Source of the DNA: an uncultured Pelagibacteraceae bacterium
GTDB lineage: Bacteria; Pseudomonadota; Alphaproteobacteria; Pelagibacterales; AG-422-B15
Assembly: GCA_902570675.1 (NCBI GenBank)
Contig: CACFYZ010000004.1
Span: 8,755 to 72,754, forward strand
Reading direction: 5' to 3'
Length of the DNA: 64,000 nt
A program made the translations under genes and the position numbers. The notes under the pieces were generated by a model. It was given only the letters and a program-made list of their open reading frames with translations. It was not told where the DNA came from and made no database searches. Below are positions 1-9,494 of the stretch, piece after piece; the stretch's first letter is position 1; each line of letters starts with the position of its first letter.

Positions 1-72
1 CGTTCATTAATTAAGAAAGTCCTCTTACTACTTTGTGTCGGTTTAAAAACCCTATCAAAAAGACAATTACCA

Positions 73-1215
73 TCAGGCATTAAGTTTAACTTCCTTAATA
101 TACTCGCTTAATTCAGAAAGGCTTTTCTCATCAATGACAATACCTAAACCTGGCTTTTGATTTAAATAGGCTTCATTATTCTCAATTTCAAAGGATAGCT
201 CACAAAATTCTTTTGAGAACTCAATATAGTCAGGAAATATTTCTGCCATCTCTGAATTTGATATACTTGCGCAAACATGCAGCATTGCAGACGCAGATAC
301 CGACATGGAGTTCCAGCAGTGTGGGGATATAGAAATATTATAATTTAAGGATTCTTCCGATATTTTAATCATATCAATTATTCCACCCACTCCTGAAATA
401 TCGGGATTAAGTATATCAACTGCACCACGTGAAATTAGTTCTTGAAAGTGTGGTAGTCCACATTGTTTTTCTCCTGTCACAACCTTCATGCCAAATTTAT
501 TTTTAATTTCAGACAACATACTAATGTTTTCTCCATCAACAGGCTCTTCAATCCAATAAGGCTTTAATGAAGAAACTTCTTTCAGAAAAATCATTGTGTT
601 ATCTAAGTTTTCTGGAATAGCAAGATCAAGCATTAGGGGATATTCTTCGCCTACTAATTCTCTTGCTTGCTCAACAAGCTTGATTGAACTTTTTAAATTA
701 TCTTTCATTGGATAGACTTTAATTCCACTATATTCTTTATCTAAATAATTTTGAATTTGATTTAAATATTGATCTGTATTTTTTCTTAAGCTACTCCAAC
801 ATGTTGCATAAATAGATACATTTAATTTTGGTTTATTTGTTAGTAATGAATTCAAAGGCAGATTTTTTATTTTTCCAGTAATATCCCATAATGCAATTTC
901 GATAGCACTTGTCGCAGCACAGAAATCTAGACCTCTATGACCATCACTAAGTATGAATATTTTTTGATAAAAAGACTTAAGTGTTAGATTTTCAATATTT
1001 GAAATTTCTTGAGAGAGCTCTGCTATCAAGTTGACAGTTGCCTTTTCTCTAAGATTGATTGTAAAAGCTTCGCCCCACCCTTCAACGCCGTCAGAAGTTT
1101 TTATTTTAATTAAAAGAAATTTTTTTATAGCAGACCATTGGTTTTTGGCCATATGATTATCTGTAATCCAAATCTTTACATTGGATATTTTGCCAATGTT
1201 TATCTCAGTATTCAT
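73..1215 (-). CDS. Enolase-superfamily enzyme (mandelate racemase/muconate lactonizing family), acid-sugar dehydratase-like; substrate unknown
   Basis: 380-aa ORF. Capping-domain DGVEGWGEA and barrel motifs KVYPMKD, LMLDLA, WIEEP, ILNPDISGVGG, SPHCW fit the Lys / Asp-Glu-Asp metal ligand / His pattern of MR/MLE enzymes. Confidence 0.8.
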   Translation of the reverse strand: MNTEINIGKISNVKIWITDNHMAKNQWSAIKKFLLIKIKTSDGVEGWGEAFTINLREKATVNLIAELSQEISNIENLTLKSFYQKIFILSDGHRGLDFCAATSAIEIALWDITGKIKNLPLNSLLTNKPKLNVSIYATCWSSLRKNTDQYLNQIQNYLDKEYSGIKVYPMKDNLKSSIKLVEQARELVGEEYPLMLDLAIPENLDNTMIFLKEVSSLKPYWIEEPVDGENISMLSEIKNKFGMKVVTGEKQCGLPHFQELISRGAVDILNPDISGVGGIIDMIKISEESLNYNISISPHCWNSMSVSASAMLHVCASISNSEMAEIFPDYIEFSKEFCELSFEIENNEAYLNQKPGLGIVIDEKSLSELSEYIKEVKLNA

Positions 1216-1290
1216 TTTAATTATTAATCTTTTTTGAAATATTGTTAAGTTTGATCTTTAACATATATAAAAAAACTTTTATGTTAAGTA

Positions 1291-1785
1291 ATGAATGCAA
1301 AATTAGTTTTAGGAGCAGGTTGCTTTTGGGGTGTTGAAGTGCTCTTTGAAGAAATCCAAGGTGTAAAAAAAGTCGTATCAGGATATGCGGGTGGACACAC
1401 CGAAAATCCAACTTATGAGTCTATTTGCACGGGGACAACTGGCCATATTGAGGTTGTAGAAATTGAATATGATAGTTCTGAAGTTGCCTATGAAATTCTT
1501 TTAGATAAGTTTTTTTTTATTCACGATCCGACACAGTTAAATCGGCAAGGTCCAGATATTGGAGAACAATATAAATCTGTTATTTTCTATAATTCACAGG
1601 ATGAAAAAGATATTGCTTTAAAAAAAATTAAACAAATTGATGACTCAGGTGAGCATAAGGGCAAGATTGTCACAGAGTTAAGAGAAGCAGTAAAATTTTA
1701 CCCTGCAGAAGAGTATCATCAAGACTTTATAGAAAAAAATGGCAAAGTTTGTTACCACCAGCTTTACGTACAACACAAATCATAG
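1291..1785 (+). CDS. msrA: Peptide-methionine (S)-S-oxide reductase
   Basis: 164-aa ORF with N-terminal GAGCFWGVE catalytic-Cys motif and HDPTQLNRQGPDIGEQYKS block typical of MsrA. Confidence 0.93.
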   Translation: MNAKLVLGAGCFWGVEVLFEEIQGVKKVVSGYAGGHTENPTYESICTGTTGHIEVVEIEYDSSEVAYEILLDKFFFIHDPTQLNRQGPDIGEQYKSVIFYNSQDEKDIALKKIKQIDDSGEHKGKIVTELREAVKFYPAEEYHQDFIEKNGKVCYHQLYVQHKS

Positions 1786-1787
1786 GA

Positions 1788-1820
1788 ATTCCAGCGCCCC
1801 GATGTTCTTAACGCTGGAAT
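1788..1820. terminator. Hairpin between convergent msrA and GcvT-like genes (candidate bidirectional terminator)
   Basis: ATTCCAGCG (1788-1796) pairs with CGCTGGAAT (1812-1820): 9-bp stem, 15-nt loop. It sits in the 48-nt gap between two convergent stops. The flanking U-run is weak. Confidence 0.45.
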
Positions 1821-1833
1821 AATTATTAAAAGA

Positions 1834-3177
1834 TTAGCCTTTTACAACTTCTCTAGTGTTGGCGTTGAAAGACTCCGTAAATGGAACATCAACTGTAACT
1901 GCATCCACTGGCACACCTGGCTCATCTGCATAAATATCGGGTAGGTGCACCTTAAATTTCTTTCCTAATTCCCACTTTGGAAAACCGTTAGCATTAAGGG
2001 TTCCGTCAAAAGGAATATAGCCCATTGCAATATTTTTTCCTTTTTCTGGATGATACCAGGGTGAAGTAATAAAGCCACATGGGTCTCCACCATCACCAGG
2101 TGATACAAGCCAAAAATCAGGCGCATATTCATCAATTGGTTTGCCACCAATCTCAAATCCCACTAATTGTAACTTGTATGGCTTATGACCATCTTTCAGA
2201 TCAGCCTTCATCTTTTCAAGTGCTTGTTTACCAACATAATCTCCTTTTTTCGCCCACTCACCTTTTCCAGATAAAGAAACTTGATAACCAAGATTACATT
2301 GAAAAGGATTGTGCTCATGATCTAAGTCCTGACCCCAAGATAAAATGCCTGCTTGTATTCTCCTATGGTGAGCAGGTGCTATAACCATTAGATTATGTTT
2401 TTTTCCAGCTTCTAAGACCGCATCCCACATATCATCCGCATATAGTGTTGCATTTCTTAGATATATTTCATAACCAGACTCTCCAGAAAAACCAGTCTGA
2501 GAAATAACGCAGCTTCTGCCGCCAACTGTAACTTCTGCTAAACCATAGAAAGGGATATTATCGAGATCAATTTGATCACCCACCAAGTCTTTCATCAAAG
2601 CAATTGCTTTTGGTCCTTGAATTTGAACAGGGCACGCATCGATCTCATCAATTTCTACATCAAATCTTTTATCTGCGTTTACGCCTTGCAAATAAAGTCC
2701 AATATCCGAGTCTGACAAACTAAACCAAAACTCATCTTTCGAGATTCTTAAAAGAATAGGATCGTTTAAGACTCCACCTTTATAATTACATAATATTACA
2801 TACCTAGCTCTTAATGGGGATATCTTTGTGGCATCCCTTGTAATTACATAGTCTGTAAATTTTTCAGCATCTGGTCCGATTACACGTATTTGTCTTTCAA
2901 CTGCAACATTCCACATAGTCACGTGGTTTTTAATTGCTTCATATTCAACCATTGCTCCACCATCTTCTGGCTTTACATAACCCCTGGGATGATAAATACG
3001 GTTATAAACAGTTGCTCTCCAGCAGCCTGCCTCCATCGACTTATGCCAATACGGTGACTTTCTTACTCGAGTTGAAATCAACATTTCAACTTTTGTTGGT
3101 CCACTTTGGCGTAAATTGTAAGGAACATGTCTGTCACTTTGATCAACAGTAGTGTTATGTTCTATTTTTTTAGACAT
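1834..3177 (-). CDS. Aminomethyltransferase (GcvT/DmdA) family, probable tetrahydrofolate-dependent demethylase; substrate unknown
   Basis: 447-aa ORF. The blocks MWNVAVERQIRVIGPDA, NDPILL, SLSDSD, VQIQGPKA, GFSGESGYEIY are colinear with the GcvT fold as I recall it from DMSP demethylase DmdA. It carries an extra ~55-aa N-terminal extension. Confidence 0.75.
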   Translation of the reverse strand: MSKKIEHNTTVDQSDRHVPYNLRQSGPTKVEMLISTRVRKSPYWHKSMEAGCWRATVYNRIYHPRGYVKPEDGGAMVEYEAIKNHVTMWNVAVERQIRVIGPDAEKFTDYVITRDATKISPLRARYVILCNYKGGVLNDPILLRISKDEFWFSLSDSDIGLYLQGVNADKRFDVEIDEIDACPVQIQGPKAIALMKDLVGDQIDLDNIPFYGLAEVTVGGRSCVISQTGFSGESGYEIYLRNATLYADDMWDAVLEAGKKHNLMVIAPAHHRRIQAGILSWGQDLDHEHNPFQCNLGYQVSLSGKGEWAKKGDYVGKQALEKMKADLKDGHKPYKLQLVGFEIGGKPIDEYAPDFWLVSPGDGGDPCGFITSPWYHPEKGKNIAMGYIPFDGTLNANGFPKWELGKKFKVHLPDIYADEPGVPVDAVTVDVPFTESFNANTREVVKG

Positions 3178-3910
3178 AGTAGTTCTCCTTTTCTAACCAT
3201 TCGTTTGCTTTTTTTATTCCACCAAACGCATAAATGTGAAAGTTCTCAACATTTTCTTTTAATTCTTGAATTACATCATCAGGTGTCTGGACAGTCAATA
3301 AGTCAAAAATTTTAGATGCGTTTTTTTTTGCGAAATTAAGAGTATTCTTTAATCCAACAAATCCAGCGAATTTAACTAGTGTCTTCATAGAAGCTGGACC
3401 CGCAACGCCTACATGAACAGGAAGCGGTGCTGCAGAAATAAAAGACGATATTGCGTCTGTATCTTGTGTCCATTGTGTTACAATATAGTCAGCAAATGGA
3501 GTCTTTGATTTCATTGCTTCTTCAATAGCCGTATCGCTCATATTTGGAGATCCTTCAGGGTGACCAGCAATACCTATTTTCATTCCATCAAACAATCCAG
3601 TTTCGATAAGTTGTAGCGAGCAATGATATTTTCCTAATATATCTCGGTCACCACCAATTATTAAAACTTGTTTTACTCCAGCTTCTTTAACTTGCCCAAT
3701 ATATGACTTTAACATGTCTAAGTCAGTAATTGAACGTGCTGGAAAATGAGGAATGGGATTATAACCTGCGCTAGCTAGAGCTTTGGTTTTTTCAATAACA
3801 TCAAGATGACTTGTGCCAGGCAATAATGTAATATAAATATCATTGAGTTTAGGTAAATCGGACAGATTTGTCTTTGTTGTCACCTCTAATGAAAAATTTA
3901 CATTTCCCAT
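3170..3910 (-). CDS. Divergent, short methylenetetrahydrofolate reductase (MetF)-like protein
   Basis: 246-aa ORF with degenerate but colinear MetF motifs (SLEVTTKT, VLIIGGD, IAGHPEGSP, VTQWTQD). It overlaps the downstream GcvT-like gene by 8 nt. Confidence 0.65.
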   Translation of the reverse strand: MGNVNFSLEVTTKTNLSDLPKLNDIYITLLPGTSHLDVIEKTKALASAGYNPIPHFPARSITDLDMLKSYIGQVKEAGVKQVLIIGGDRDILGKYHCSLQLIETGLFDGMKIGIAGHPEGSPNMSDTAIEEAMKSKTPFADYIVTQWTQDTDAISSFISAAPLPVHVGVAGPASMKTLVKFAGFVGLKNTLNFAKKNASKIFDLLTVQTPDDVIQELKENVENFHIYAFGGIKKANEWLEKENYYV

Positions 3911-4100
3911 AATGCTGTTAATGAGTTTACCGCTTAAGCCACGCGAATTTTAAATTGCACTGCTTGGCTTAATTTTGCAGCGCTATTTGAGTCTCCTAAA
4001 ATAAAATTTAAGTAAAAATTTGTTCTATAGCAATACATTTTTGTAGACTCCTATCTGTAAAGTTCTTAAGTTGTCTAGGTTTTTAATATTAGTATCAATT

Positions 4101-5768
4101 ATGGCTATACTCTCAGATATTGAAATTGCTAGAGAAAATAGCATGGCCCCTATTGAAGAAATTGCTTCAAAATTAGACCTAAAAGATCAAAATCTTCAAA
4201 AATTTGGCCATCACATTGCTAAAATTGATAATCAAAAGATAGAAAACAATAACAAAAACGGAAAACTCATTTTAGTTACAGCCATTTCGCCTACCCCGGC
4301 AGGTGAAGGAAAGACCACTACATCAGTCGGTCTTAGTGACGGCTTAAATAAAATTGGAAAACAGTCATTAGTATGCTTGAGAGAACCTAGTTTAGGACCA
4401 TGTTTTGGTGTCAAAGGGGGTGCTGCAGGAGGTGGTTACGCTCAAGTGGTTCCGATGGATAAAATTAATTTACATTTCACAGGAGATTTCCATGCGATTA
4501 CATCAGCACATAACCTTCTTGCATCGATGATTGATAACCATATTTATTGGGGGAACGATTTGGGAATTGATACAAGAAGAGTGGTTTGGGGACGCGTAGT
4601 GGATTTAAATGATCGTGCTTTAAGAAATATTAATGTTAATTTAGGAGGTATAGTCAACGGTTTTCCTCGGGAAGATAAATTCGATATTACTGTTGCATCA
4701 GAAGTAATGGCAATTTTTTGTTTATCTACAAGTTTGGAAGATTTACAAAATAGACTTGGGAATATCATTGTAGGTTACACAAGGGAGAAAAAAGAAATTA
4801 GGGCCCGAGACTTAAATGCAGACGGTGCGATGACTACTTTGCTAAAAGACGCTTTCTTACCTAATCTTGTACAAACACTTGAAAAAAACCCAGCTATAAT
4901 TCATGGGGGTCCTTTTGCAAATATTGCGCATGGATGCAATTCTTTAGTTGCTACTCAAACTGCTCTTAAATTAAGCGATTATGTTGTGACAGAGGCAGGC
5001 TTTGGTGCAGATCTTGGAGCAGAAAAATTTTTAGACATAAAGTGCCGTAAAGGAAAATTAAATCCTTCAGCAATAGTAATAGTCGCAACGGTAAGAGCGT
5101 TAAAAATGCACGGTGGTATGGATAAAAAAGAATTAAAAAATGAGGATGTTGAAGCGGTAAAAAAAGGTCTATCAAATTTAAAGCAACACATTGCAAATAT
5201 GCAAATATATGGTGCGCCTGTTACCGTTGCTATAAATCATTTCATATCTGATAGTGAAAAAGAATTATCAGCAATAAGTGAATGCTGTGATTCATTAAAT
5301 GTAAAGTCATTTAATTGCACACATTGGAGTAATGGTGGCACAGGTACAGTAGACCTAGCAAATCACATAGTTGAAGTTACCCAACAGAATGCTCCAAAGA
5401 TAAAGTACTTGTATCCAGACGAAATGAAATTGTGGGATAAAATGAAAAAAATTGCTCAAGATATATATGGAGCGAGCGATATTATTGCTGACCAAAAAAT
5501 AAAGATGCAGTTTAATGAATTGGATGAAAAATATGGTCATTACCCAATATGTGTTGCTAAAACTCAATACAGCTTCTCAACTGATCCAAATCTAAGGGGG
5601 GCGCCTAAGGACCACGTTGTTCCAATTAGAGAGATCAGACTGGCAGCAGGCGCTGAATTTCTGGTAGTTGTATGCGATAAAATTATGACCATGCCAGGAC
5701 TGCCTAGAGTTCCAGCTGCAAATGCTATACACTTAAATAAAAATGGCGACATAGAGGGATTATTTTAA
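4101..5768 (+). CDS. fhs: Formate--tetrahydrofolate ligase
   Basis: [11 protein letters not shown] nucleotide-binding motif and full-length FTHFS-like sequence. ATG at 4101 ([10 protein letters not shown]) preferred over the TTG at 4071 used by the ORF track. Confidence 0.93.
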   Translation: MAILSDIEIARENSMAPIEEIASKLDLKDQNLQKFGHHIAKIDNQKIENNNKNGKLILVTAISPTPAGEGKTTTSVGLSDGLNKIGKQSLVCLREPSLGPCFGVKGGAAGGGYAQVVPMDKINLHFTGDFHAITSAHNLLASMIDNHIYWGNDLGIDTRRVVWGRVVDLNDRALRNINVNLGGIVNGFPREDKFDITVASEVMAIFCLSTSLEDLQNRLGNIIVGYTREKKEIRARDLNADGAMTTLLKDAFLPNLVQTLEKNPAIIHGGPFANIAHGCNSLVATQTALKLSDYVVTEAGFGADLGAEKFLDIKCRKGKLNPSAIVIVATVRALKMHGGMDKKELKNEDVEAVKKGLSNLKQHIANMQIYGAPVTVAINHFISDSEKELSAISECCDSLNVKSFNCTHWSNGGTGTVDLANHIVEVTQQNAPKIKYLYPDEMKLWDKMKKIAQDIYGASDIIADQKIKMQFNELDEKYGHYPICVAKTQYSFSTDPNLRGAPKDHVVPIREIRLAAGAEFLVVVCDKIMTMPGLPRVPAANAIHLNKNGDIEGLF

Positions 5769-7411
5769 TGGCTCACATGTATGATACAAATTTAGACAAA
5801 AACGATGCAAATTTCACACCGTTGTCTCCTTTAAGTTTTCTTATACGAGCAGCGGAGGTTTACCCAAACAGAACTTCAATTATTCACGGTAAAAAACAAT
5901 TTACATGGTCTGAGACGTATAAAAGAAGCAAACAACTCGCAAGCGCACTTTCTAAAAGAGGTATAGGAAAGGGAGATACTGTTGCGGTTCTTTGTTTTAA
6001 TACTCCAGAAATATATGAGGCACATTTTGGTGTTCCGATGATAGGCGCTGTATTAAATACAATAAACATCAGATTAGATGTAGATACAATTAGCTATATT
6101 CTTGAGCACGGTGAAGCAAAAGCGCTCATCACTGATAATGAGCTTTCACCGACGATAAAACAAGTGCTCGATAAGATGAAAAATAAAATTCTTGTAATAG
6201 ATATTGATGATGAACTAGCAAATCATCCTGAAGGAGCTGGACAGAATCTTGGAGAAATTAATTATGAGGATTTCCTTTTAACAGGTGATCATGATCTCGA
6301 ATGGAGTTTGCCAGATAATGAATGGCAATCATTAGCACTCAACTATACGTCTGGCACCACTGGATTACCAAAAGGTGTTGTTTATCATCATAGAGGCTCC
6401 TACTTGATGGCACTTGGATCAGTTACTGCTTTTAGCATGCCAATGCATCCTACTTATATGTGGGTTGTTCCAATGTTTCATTGCAATGGTTGGGGCAATC
6501 CCTACACACTAACGGCCCTAGCAGGCACAAGTGTATGCCTTAGATATGTTTCAGCTAAAAATATGTTTGACGCTATTGCGGATCATAAAGTAACTCATTT
6601 TGGTGGTGCGCCAATTGTTTTAAATTTTCTAGCACAAGCAACTGCTGAGGAAAAAAGAGAATATTCTCAACAAGTATATGTAGTAACAGCAGGGGCTCCT
6701 CCACCCGCAGCCACATTAGAAGCGGTTCAGAAAATGGGTTTTGATGTTACTCATGTTTATGGACTGACTGAAACATACGGACATATTTCATTGTGCGCAT
6801 GGCAGGATGAATGGAATGAGCTATCAGTTGAAGAGCAATCCAAACTAAGATCAAGGCAGGGCGTAAAGTTTCCGATGATGGATGGTCTAGCAATTATGAA
6901 CCCTGAGACTATGGAGCCCGTTAAGGATGACGGTGAAGAAATAGGTGAGATCATGATACGCGGTAACTGCGTAATGAAGGGATATTTAAAAAATAAGGAA
7001 GAAACAGATAAAGCTATGGCAGGGGGTTGGTTTCACTCAGGTGACCTGGCTGTAATGCATCCAAATGGTTACATTCAAATAAAAGATAGAAGCAAGGATA
7101 TAATCATCTCTGGTGGGGAAAATGTCTCATCAGTTGAAATAGAAAATACACTTTATAAACATCCATCTGTGTTATTTGCCGCAGTAGTTGCAAAACCAGA
7201 TGAAAAATGGGGTGAAACACCATGCGCTTTCATCGAATTAAAAGATCAAAATGATAGTGTAAGTGAAGGAGATATTATTTCATTTTGCAAAGAAACCCTT
7301 GCTGGCTTTAAGTGTCCTAAAAAAGTTATTTTTACTGAACTACCAAAGACTTCAACAGGGAAAATATTAAAATACGAACTGAGAGAAATGGCCAAAGCTG
7401 CCGACGCTTAA
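5768..7411 (+). CDS. AMP-forming short-chain acyl-CoA synthetase (plant AAE7/ACN1-like clade)
   Basis: 547-aa ORF with AMP-binding motifs YTSGTTGLPKGV, YGLTET, GWFHSGD and KTSTGK. The N-terminal block AHFGVPMIGAVLNTINIRL is as in acetate/butyrate-CoA ligase-like enzymes. Its start overlaps the fhs stop (TAATG). Confidence 0.85.
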   Translation: MAHMYDTNLDKNDANFTPLSPLSFLIRAAEVYPNRTSIIHGKKQFTWSETYKRSKQLASALSKRGIGKGDTVAVLCFNTPEIYEAHFGVPMIGAVLNTINIRLDVDTISYILEHGEAKALITDNELSPTIKQVLDKMKNKILVIDIDDELANHPEGAGQNLGEINYEDFLLTGDHDLEWSLPDNEWQSLALNYTSGTTGLPKGVVYHHRGSYLMALGSVTAFSMPMHPTYMWVVPMFHCNGWGNPYTLTALAGTSVCLRYVSAKNMFDAIADHKVTHFGGAPIVLNFLAQATAEEKREYSQQVYVVTAGAPPPAATLEAVQKMGFDVTHVYGLTETYGHISLCAWQDEWNELSVEEQSKLRSRQGVKFPMMDGLAIMNPETMEPVKDDGEEIGEIMIRGNCVMKGYLKNKEETDKAMAGGWFHSGDLAVMHPNGYIQIKDRSKDIIISGGENVSSVEIENTLYKHPSVLFAAVVAKPDEKWGETPCAFIELKDQNDSVSEGDIISFCKETLAGFKCPKKVIFTELPKTSTGKILKYELREMAKAADA

Positions 7412-8856
7412 GAAAAATGAATTGAGTCGTCGTTTAATCGGCCAAATTTAATACCAAAGAAATCTTTGAAATAATTTTGTGTATTGATCCATGGAGACCT
7501 GCTGCCTTGTTGGGGGAATAAATGAATAGCACGATGTATGTATCCTGAGGAAAACTCAGTTGCGAGCCAATCTTTCTCAGCTTTCACATCCACTGGAACT
7601 CTTGGTACACAATGACTGTAGTTATTCTGATCAAGATAATTAATTAATCTACAAGCATATTCACAGGTTAAATCTGCTTTCAAAGTCCAAGATGCATTAA
7701 TATAACCAAAAGAATTAACAAAATTTGGAATCCCACTGAACATCATGCTTTTATACGTCATTGTTTCAGAAGGCTCGACCAACTTACCATCGATATGAAC
7801 TTGAACACCTCCAAAAGATTGCAAGTTTAAGCCTGTAGCAGTTACGACAACATCAGCTTCAATATTTTGCCCTGATTTAAGTTTTATGCCTTTGCTAGTA
7901 AACTTATCGATATGATCTGTAACGACTGATGCTCTGTTATCTCTTATGGACTCAAATAAATCACCATTTGGAATAAGACACATTCTCTGTTCCCATGGAT
8001 AGTATCGCGGAGTAAAATGTTTTGAAATATCGTGATTAGGTAATCGTTCTTTAACTCCATCGATGAGCTTTCGTTTTACATATTTCGGATATGATCTACA
8101 AATTCTATAGAGAAGTTGCTGAAAAAATACATTCCGTAACCTAACAAGAGTGTAAGACATTTTTTGCGGTAATATTTTTTTTAAAAAATTAGCAAATCTA
8201 TCTTCATCTGGACTTGGAAAATAATATGTTGGTGAGCGTTGTAACATCGTTACGTGTTTAGCTTTTTTTGATAGTTCGGGAACTATAGTTGCTGCTGTTG
8301 CACCACTACCGATAACAACCATCTTCTTATCAGAATAGTCATAATCTTCTGGCCATTTTTGAGGATGTATCAATTTGCCTTCGTACTTGTCGAGGTCATT
8401 AAATTCAGGCGTGTATCCTTCATCATAATTATAGTATCCTGTTCCCATGAACAGAAAGTTTGCTGTGAATAATATTTCTCGCTCATGATGAGATGCTCTT
8501 ACTTCCCACTTTAGCTTTGTCGAATTCCAGTTAGCACTTAAGACTTTATGACTAAATTTTATTTTTTCGCGTAAATTATTTTCCTCAACTGTTTCTTCTA
8601 AATAACTTAAGATGGAAGGCCCGTTTGCAATTGTTTTTTGCTCCTTCCATGGTTTAAATGCATACCCGAGTGTGAACATATCAGAGTCTGATCTTATTCC
8701 TGGATATCTAAATAAGTCCCATGTGCCGCCTATGTTCTCTCTTCCTTCGATTATACAAAAGGATTTACTTGGGCAATTTTTTTTTAAGTAATATCCAGCT
8801 CCTATACCAGAAATTCCAGCGCCAATTACAATTACATTAAAATGATTATTATCCAT
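7408..8856 (-). CDS. Flavin-dependent Baeyer-Villiger-type monooxygenase (EthA-like class B flavoprotein)
   Basis: 482-aa ORF. It has an N-terminal FAD GxGxxG (VIGAGISGIGAG) and a second dinucleotide site (VVIGSGATAA). YEGKLIHPQKWP matches the BVMO fingerprint FxGxxxHxxxW(P/D) rather than the FMO Y/F variant. Confidence 0.8.
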   Translation of the reverse strand: MDNNHFNVIVIGAGISGIGAGYYLKKNCPSKSFCIIEGRENIGGTWDLFRYPGIRSDSDMFTLGYAFKPWKEQKTIANGPSILSYLEETVEENNLREKIKFSHKVLSANWNSTKLKWEVRASHHEREILFTANFLFMGTGYYNYDEGYTPEFNDLDKYEGKLIHPQKWPEDYDYSDKKMVVIGSGATAATIVPELSKKAKHVTMLQRSPTYYFPSPDEDRFANFLKKILPQKMSYTLVRLRNVFFQQLLYRICRSYPKYVKRKLIDGVKERLPNHDISKHFTPRYYPWEQRMCLIPNGDLFESIRDNRASVVTDHIDKFTSKGIKLKSGQNIEADVVVTATGLNLQSFGGVQVHIDGKLVEPSETMTYKSMMFSGIPNFVNSFGYINASWTLKADLTCEYACRLINYLDQNNYSHCVPRVPVDVKAEKDWLATEFSSGYIHRAIHLFPQQGSRSPWINTQNYFKDFFGIKFGRLNDDSIHFS

Positions 8857-8861
8857 AGATC

Positions 8862-9491
8862 TTAATTCTTAATCGATATTTCCACTGCATCATATATATT
8901 ATTTCTATACTCTAATTTCGAGCTAAAATTTTCAGACAGATATTCCCCGGATTCTCTCACATAAACGAAATAATCAGCCATTTCATCTTTAAAAATCCCA
9001 ACATTATCCGCAAATACTACACAATTTTTGAGTATTATGCCCTCTGACTCCAAAAGCTTTAAGTCCGAAAGGTATTTTTTCTTCGCATGGTCAATAAATA
9101 CAAAATCTGCATTGAAATTTAATTTTGGAATTATTTCTTCAGCGCTTCCGTGTATCAAGTTTACTTTATTATCTAGTCCAGCAAAGTTGATTAATTCTTT
9201 TGCTATTTCTATAGAATGCATGTCTGAGTCAATCGAGGTTAATTGACTTTTTTCTCCAATTGTAGATGAGATTAATACCGCAGAATATCCAATAAAAGTA
9301 CCTAGCTCTATTACATTATTTGGTTCTGACTTTAAAAGATGATTTTTTAATATTTCTCCTTTTTCTGGACCGACATTCATTAAGAATTGACCACTTTCCT
9401 GAACAAAATTATCTATCGTTTGTAGAATAGATTTTGGATTATTTTTTTCAGCATTTGAAAAAACATAATCCAAGGTTTGTCGCATCAACAT
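8862..9491 (-). CDS. Catechol O-methyltransferase (animal COMT-like, class I SAM-dependent, Mg-dependent)
   Basis: 209-aa ORF colinear end to end with rat COMT as I recall it. It has the SAM site VIELGTFIGYSAV. DFVFIDHAKKKY supplies the Asp141/Lys144 equivalents, VFADNV the Asp169-Asn170 equivalents, and KLEY the Glu199 equivalent. Confidence 0.8.
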   Translation of the reverse strand: MLMRQTLDYVFSNAEKNNPKSILQTIDNFVQESGQFLMNVGPEKGEILKNHLLKSEPNNVIELGTFIGYSAVLISSTIGEKSQLTSIDSDMHSIEIAKELINFAGLDNKVNLIHGSAEEIIPKLNFNADFVFIDHAKKKYLSDLKLLESEGIILKNCVVFADNVGIFKDEMADYFVYVRESGEYLSENFSSKLEYRNNIYDAVEISIKN

Positions 9492-9494
9492 AAT

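Noticed and set aside
1217-1411. 64-aa minus-strand ORF overlapping the msrA start
   Set aside because: It overlaps the conserved GCFWG-encoding part of msrA on the opposite strand and has no motif. The divergent promoter region explains the spacer.
4071-4100. N-terminal extensions in the ORF track from TTG/GTG or upstream ATG starts (also 13860, 21436, 27995, 42124, 44285, 60968)
   Set aside because: The extensions encode non-conserved peptides. Downstream ATGs give canonical family N-termini, signal peptides or the overlap pattern typical of this genome. Coordinates were trimmed accordingly, but the starts remain predictions.
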